64,000 bases of DNA from Selaginella moellendorffii. Lineage: Eukaryota > Plantae > Lycopodiophyta. Positions 59,196 to 64,000 of this stretch are shown here, piece by piece (the first letter of the stretch is position 1; each line of letters starts with the position of its first letter). The notes beneath the pieces are model-generated. The model was not told the DNA's origin. It was given only the letters and a program-made list of their open reading frames with translations, and did no database searches. Both the position numbers and the translations under genes were made by a program. The DNA is taken from positions 686,806 through 750,805 of the forward strand of contig NW_003314274.1 in assembly GCF_000143415.4 (NCBI RefSeq). The letters are read 5' to 3'.

Positions 59196-60534
59196 TCCCA
59201 TACATATGAAAATATTAGGAAACACTGGGAAAATATTTTGTGAATTTTAATTTTAAAAAACATTATTTTGTAGTTACATAATATAGTAAGAAAATTAAAT
59301 AATTAGAGATGTGAGGTCCAAGTGTATGGCTACGATACCGTATCATAATATTAGCATAATGGGATTTTGGTAGCCATCAGATTGGTTTCAATCCAAACCC
59401 CTCGCTTCTATATATAAGTTAAAGTTTTTGGGCTAATTGATATGCATATTTTCTATATTTTGTCCTTGAGGAGTGCTTGGATTTGAGATTTTGGTTTAAA
59501 TTTAGCTTTTATATTATTTAAATTTACTTTTTTCCATTTCCTTTTTTTTTTATTTTTTCTTTTCAAGATTTTGGTTTAGATCTAGCTTTTGCATTGTTTA
59601 GATTTCTTTTTCCTTTTAACATTTTTTTCATTTATCTTCTTTTGCTCTTTCCTTTTCCTTCATCTTCATAGCAGGACAGCAATCTCCTCCTCCTTTGACT
59701 CTGGAGTAGCAGTTGGTGCAATTGTTTGATGCTATGTAGTTACAATTGAATAATCGAACTCAGTTGATAGCGGCATTCATGGCATATTGTACAGCTCTTC
59801 CTGCTCTTGGTGCCAATCTTTGTGTTCGGCTAAAGTTCTTTTGTGGGAATCCTGGGGATGATGTGTATTATTGGTTTAATCACTTCACGGTGATTGCCAC
59901 ATATCATTTTTGGGATGATGCTTGATGTTTGCGTGAATTTCCCACGTGTCTCCAAGGGATGATGTTGTAGTGGTACAATGGTTTGAGCGCAGCCACTCAT
60001 AGGAATTAGAATGTTCTTCCAGATGTCTTTAAATGCACATTCGGACATGCTAACGATTGTGATAATGCCTTCTAACAATTGCATCATCTTCATTAAGGGC
60101 CATCTGAGTTGGTGATGCAATTTGGCATTTGTTTCTAAAGCCTTTTGCTTTGTGCAGAGCCAAATATATCGGAGCGGATCAAGCTAGGAATGTTGTGGCC
60201 AACATTTCGTCAAAATCATGTCGGACTTGTGCATACACTTGCTCCAGCCACTCTTGACAATACTCTTCACTTGGCACAACATTATAAAACATTGCCTCTT
60301 TCATTTCTCATTGCACATCCTTTAGCTCCACTTCCTATGGGCAATGGTTTTGTTCCAATGGAGGTTGATGTTCCTACTACTCGAGTCCAAGGTCAAGGGT
60401 GAGGACGTGGTTGTGGCCGTGATATTTGCTGCTGAGCATGTGATAAAGTTAGTCATACTTATCAGTGTTGTCGGCATTTTCCAGATTGATGGCATCTATT
60501 TCCTGGGTGGAGACCTTAGCGTCAACAACATCAT

Positions 60535-60634
60535 NNNNNNNNNNNNNNNNNNNNNNNNNNNNNNNNNNNNNNNNNNNNNNNNNNNNNNNNNNNNNNNNNN
60601 NNNNNNNNNNNNNNNNNNNNNNNNNNNNNNNNNN
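60535..60634. other. Assembly gap (100 N)
   Basis: Run of N in the sequence. Confidence 0.99.
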
Positions 60635-61013
60635 CAAGAGATTTCCTATTGTTCTCTTTGTTTTGGTTGATATAAGTTTGAGTTTATTTTCTATTGCTCG
60701 GCTTGTTGCCACGCGTTGCCATCTACACTTGTATTGTGCAACAGTGCCAGTTTTCATTTTTTATGGCAATGGCTATACACATGCATGTGCACGGGATGAG
60801 GTAGGCCTAGTTGTGCATGTGGGTGATCTCGAGTTTGGGTTGTAGTCATTGCAGGTGGTCTTGAGTCAAGTTTTTAACCTCATTCTTAATATGGATTAGT
60901 TGCAATGCAATCATGCCAAGTGTGATTTTGAGTTTTCTCCCCTTTATCTCACTTTTGTACCTCTTTGTCCCTCTATTTCCATTACTTTTGTCTTGCCACT
61001 ACTTCCTCTTATG

Positions 61014-61208
61014 TGTAAGCTTCTGAGTTTGGACTTCTTGGGAGGTCACCCAACCCAGTACTATTCAAACCCAAAGACATTTAATCCCAAATATCCTAAG
61101 ACCCTTAACCAATTGAAAAAAGGGGGTGCACTCTTGTTCATGGGCCCTTTCTCTTTATATTTGAACCCTATGGATCGTCTCTCAAATTGTTCTCTTTGGT
61201 TGCTTACA
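61014..61208 (-). mobile_element. 195-bp solo LTR carrying a 5S rRNA-derived internal control region (Cassandra-like)
   Basis: Termini TGTAAGC..GCTTACA with TSD TTATG on both sides. Bases 61031-61084 match the plant 5S rRNA A-box to C-box segment without gaps. Confidence 0.78.
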
Positions 61209-61419
61209 TTATGTTTCCGTCTTATTCCACTTTTCTCTTTTCAGAGCCTTCCGATGATCCTTATGTTGCAGCGGTTGATCGGCTCATGAAGGAGTATGCT
61301 GATCTATTGAATTTGACCTATCATCTAGGGCCAAGATTGCCACACGTCATCTGATTCCAACTGGGGATGCTTGTCCAATCAAGGTTTTTGTTTGTCAAAG
61401 AGATCAAGATTTTACATAC

Positions 61420-62164
61420 AAATGTCAAAGAAATGTTGGAAAAGGGTGTTTTTTGAAAGTCATGAAGTCCTTGGGCATGTAAACCTCATCTTGTGATGAA
61501 GCTTGATGGGAGTATTCATTTCTACATTGACTATCATTCGTTAAACAAAATGATGATCCTGAATGTGTATCCTCTTCCTCACACTATTGATCTCTTAGAT
61601 TGTCTGGGGAGAAGTTGTTAGTTCACCAAGTTAGATCTTCCTTTTAGGTATTGGCAAGTACCAATGGCCAAAGAAGATATTTATAAAACTACTTTTTGTA
61701 CACTGTTTAGTTTTTACAAGTTCTTGGTGATGCCGTTTGGTTTGAACAATGCTCCAATAACTTTCTAGTGGATGATAGACAAGATTCTTTGTGATATATT
61801 AGAGGTGATTGTTAACATCATTGATGATGTCTTGATCCACTCGGAGGGATGTAGGAGGAACACGTCTATGATGTTTGTAAAGTGTTGGATCAACTACAGG
61901 ATGTTAGTTTAAAACTAAAGCAATCGAAGTGCATTTTTGGGTCCAAAGACATGACTTATCTTGGGTACTGTATTTCTCGTGAGGATTTGCAAGTTGATCC
62001 TAATAAACTTGTGGCTATTTTATGTGAATGATGTGCAATGCTTTTTGGGCAAAGTGCAGTATTTCGGTTTTTTTTGTGGATCATCTTTCTGATCGCATTG
62101 CACTATTGCAAGCATTGTTGAAGTCATCAACATCATTTTTCATCTAGTCTCTGAATTGTGTGGC
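61420..62164 (+). pseudogene. Decayed Ty3/gypsy reverse transcriptase remnant
   Basis: [48 protein letters not shown] and IDDVLIHS, with stops and frameshifts. Confidence 0.9.
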
Positions 62165-64000
62165 TGTAAGCCACAATTTTTTTCCTTTCGAATTTGCCAG
62201 CTTACTTTATTTATCCGACCAACACCGCCTTGGCCTTTGCTAAGTTCCCTTGCCAACGTTCCTACCTATTGTACTAGCTCCTACTTGGTCCTACTTGGTT
62301 TCAGCTACTCACTGCACAAGCAATGAAGCATTAGCCATCCATCCACGGATTCCCAAATCTCTCTCAATCCCCCTCTTTGGGTTAGACTAGACTTAAAGTT
62401 TGGCTACACTCCCTACGGGCACAAGCAGCTAAGCACACCAAGCCTCAAAGTTCCTAACATCTCTTGGTACAACAAGGCTTGATCATGGGACCCTCTAAAT
62501 CCCAAGCCTTGGGTTCAACATTTGCTTCGGGATGCCAAGGGGAAACATCGTGGAATAACGGCCCGGTATGGGTACCTCTACCCCCCCACTTCCATCCCAA
62601 AGAGAAGGCCCAAGCCCCTAGGAAGGGTGAGGACCAATCCGCAAGGTACTCAAGTGGGGCACCACTCCACATGAGTCGGGAGCACTGCAGTCAGTTTCCC
62701 TTCCGGGAGTGGGAGCTGCTCTTGAGCACTTCCTTGGGTGGCCCCTCTAGCACCACCCAAGTCCATGCTCACTCCCACCCAAGGTCTTTTGGCCACAATC
62801 TCAACCTTAAGTTAGTTTAGAAGCACCACTAAAGAGTTCTTTCAAGATTGGTTCCTAGACCTCACTATCCCTACTATACTTTTAGAACCCCTAGCAGCCC
62901 ACCCCCCCCTGGGAGACACACACTTTGGGCTTTCACCCCTCGACCTATATTAATACTTAGACTTAGACTCGATCTCGGACTCAATCTCGGACCCAACTTC
63001 AGACTCGAGCTCAGACTCGACCTCGGACCTGATCTCAAACTCGACCTCGGACTCAACCTCGGACTTGGTCTCAGACCCAATCTCAGATCTCGGACTCCGT
63101 CTCTAACTCGGTCTTGAACTCGGTCTCAAAGTCGGTCTTGGACTCGATCCCAGACTCTATCTCGAACTCGGTCTCAGAGTTGGTTTTGGACTCAATCTCA
63201 GACTCGGTCCCATCCGATGAACTCTTTATTATTTCAGTCGTGTTTTCGGGGATCCTTTTAGTCTATGACATCTCAGGGATTTGGTTCCTTATAACTCCAC
63301 CACCCACAAAAGAAGTTCGATGCCCACATCGAACGTCTTTTTTTAATTCTACGACTTGTTGGCCATGTCTTTGGGGGCATCCCCCCACTTAACAGTGTGC
63401 CTAAGTTAGCCTCCCTAGCCAAGAGCCCATGACAACGGAATATAGGTGTCCTTATACCCTAACTTCACCCCGCCCTAGTATGGGGTTGGGACTTGAACCT
63501 AGCCTTGCTTTACTAGGGGGTTGGGACTCAAACCCAACCTCCGTAAAATACATTTATGGATTCGGCATCCCCGCGGGGAGTCGAGTGTAGTTCTCTACGC
63601 TTGGTCGACTTAGCTAACCCATGCTAATTAGCTTACCTTTAGTGTGCCTCCGGGTCCTAACATATGCCATTACTCAATTTCACCAAATGATACTTTATTT
63701 GAACTTTGCATAAGTACATAGAGTTTTGCCTTGCAGAAATTCCTTTACTAGATCTCGTGCATTCGTTATGTTCTCTTTCAGTTCCTATGTTGCTTCGCAG
63801 TGTAGAAATCCTTTCCACTTCATATGAAATTCCATCACTTGGCGTCTTTGTCACTTGCTCTTGCACGCATTAAGGATGGCCTCGACTTCGTATTCCTCTT
63901 CCCCTTGGATCACCTTAGGTAAAGTCTTACTTGGTCTTTGTGGAATGGATCCTCAAAGTATGGCTTGAGTAAGTTCATATGGAACACATGGTGCATCTTC
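62165..64000 (-). mobile_element. Partial LTR element related to the outer element's LTR, with internal degenerate 6/12-bp tandem repeats
   Basis: Begins TGTAAG where the RT remnant breaks off. 62863-62940 shares cactatccctactatac..cccccc..acac.ctttgggctttcacccc with 44994-45070. (ctcgga/ctcaat)n array at ~62960-63210. Confidence 0.6.

Noticed and set aside
59700-60900. Possible Myb/SANT-like or transposase remnant around the gap (TVAQYKCRW)
   Set aside because: The similarity is too weak and is interrupted by the N gap.
61031-61084. Functional 5S rRNA gene
   Set aside because: Only the internal ~54 nt match. The 5' and 3' helix-I ends are absent, and the segment sits within LTR-like termini with a TSD.
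62960-63210. CRISPR-like appearance of this short repeat array (also the LTR U3 repeats)
   Set aside because: These are tandem repeats without unique spacers, in a eukaryotic context with no cas genes.

Overview
This is eukaryotic plant nuclear DNA. The ~50-bp introns, very high gene density, PLS-PPR style, Tcn1-like retroelement and 100-N scaffold gap point to a lycophyte, most likely Selaginella moellendorffii (inferred, not verified). Bases 1-43 kb are gene-dense, in order: SABRE/KIP (5' end outside the window), RPL8, PLS-DYW PPR, a small spliced orphan, TIR1/AFB, a COMT-like OMT, PLS-E PPR, F-box, a CREST-family membrane protein, lipoxygenase, EF-hand LPEAT2, an LEA_2/NHL protein, F-box/kelch, KOBITO1, a D-box micro-protein, an animal-type FBA F-box, a BTL RING-H2 and DUF1223. 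Bases 44-64 kb are a retrotransposon nest. A 12.9-kb non-coding LTR element (TSD CGAAT) contains an intact, very young 5.6-kb chromovirus (TSD AGTGT). Beyond it lie an AT-rich tandem array, a gap, a 195-bp 5S-rRNA-bearing solo LTR, a dead gypsy RT and another LTR. Most notable findings: (1) a tRNA-independent self-priming PBS plus a GGGAAAC -1 frameshift/stem signal in the chromovirus; (2) a Cassandra-like 5S solo LTR; (3) a CREST-LOX-LPEAT2 lipid trio with a shared divergent promoter; (4) a head-to-head D-box/FR-tail protein and FBXO2/6-like F-box pair with E2F+CHR-like motifs between them. All alignments and family calls were made by eye from recalled motifs.
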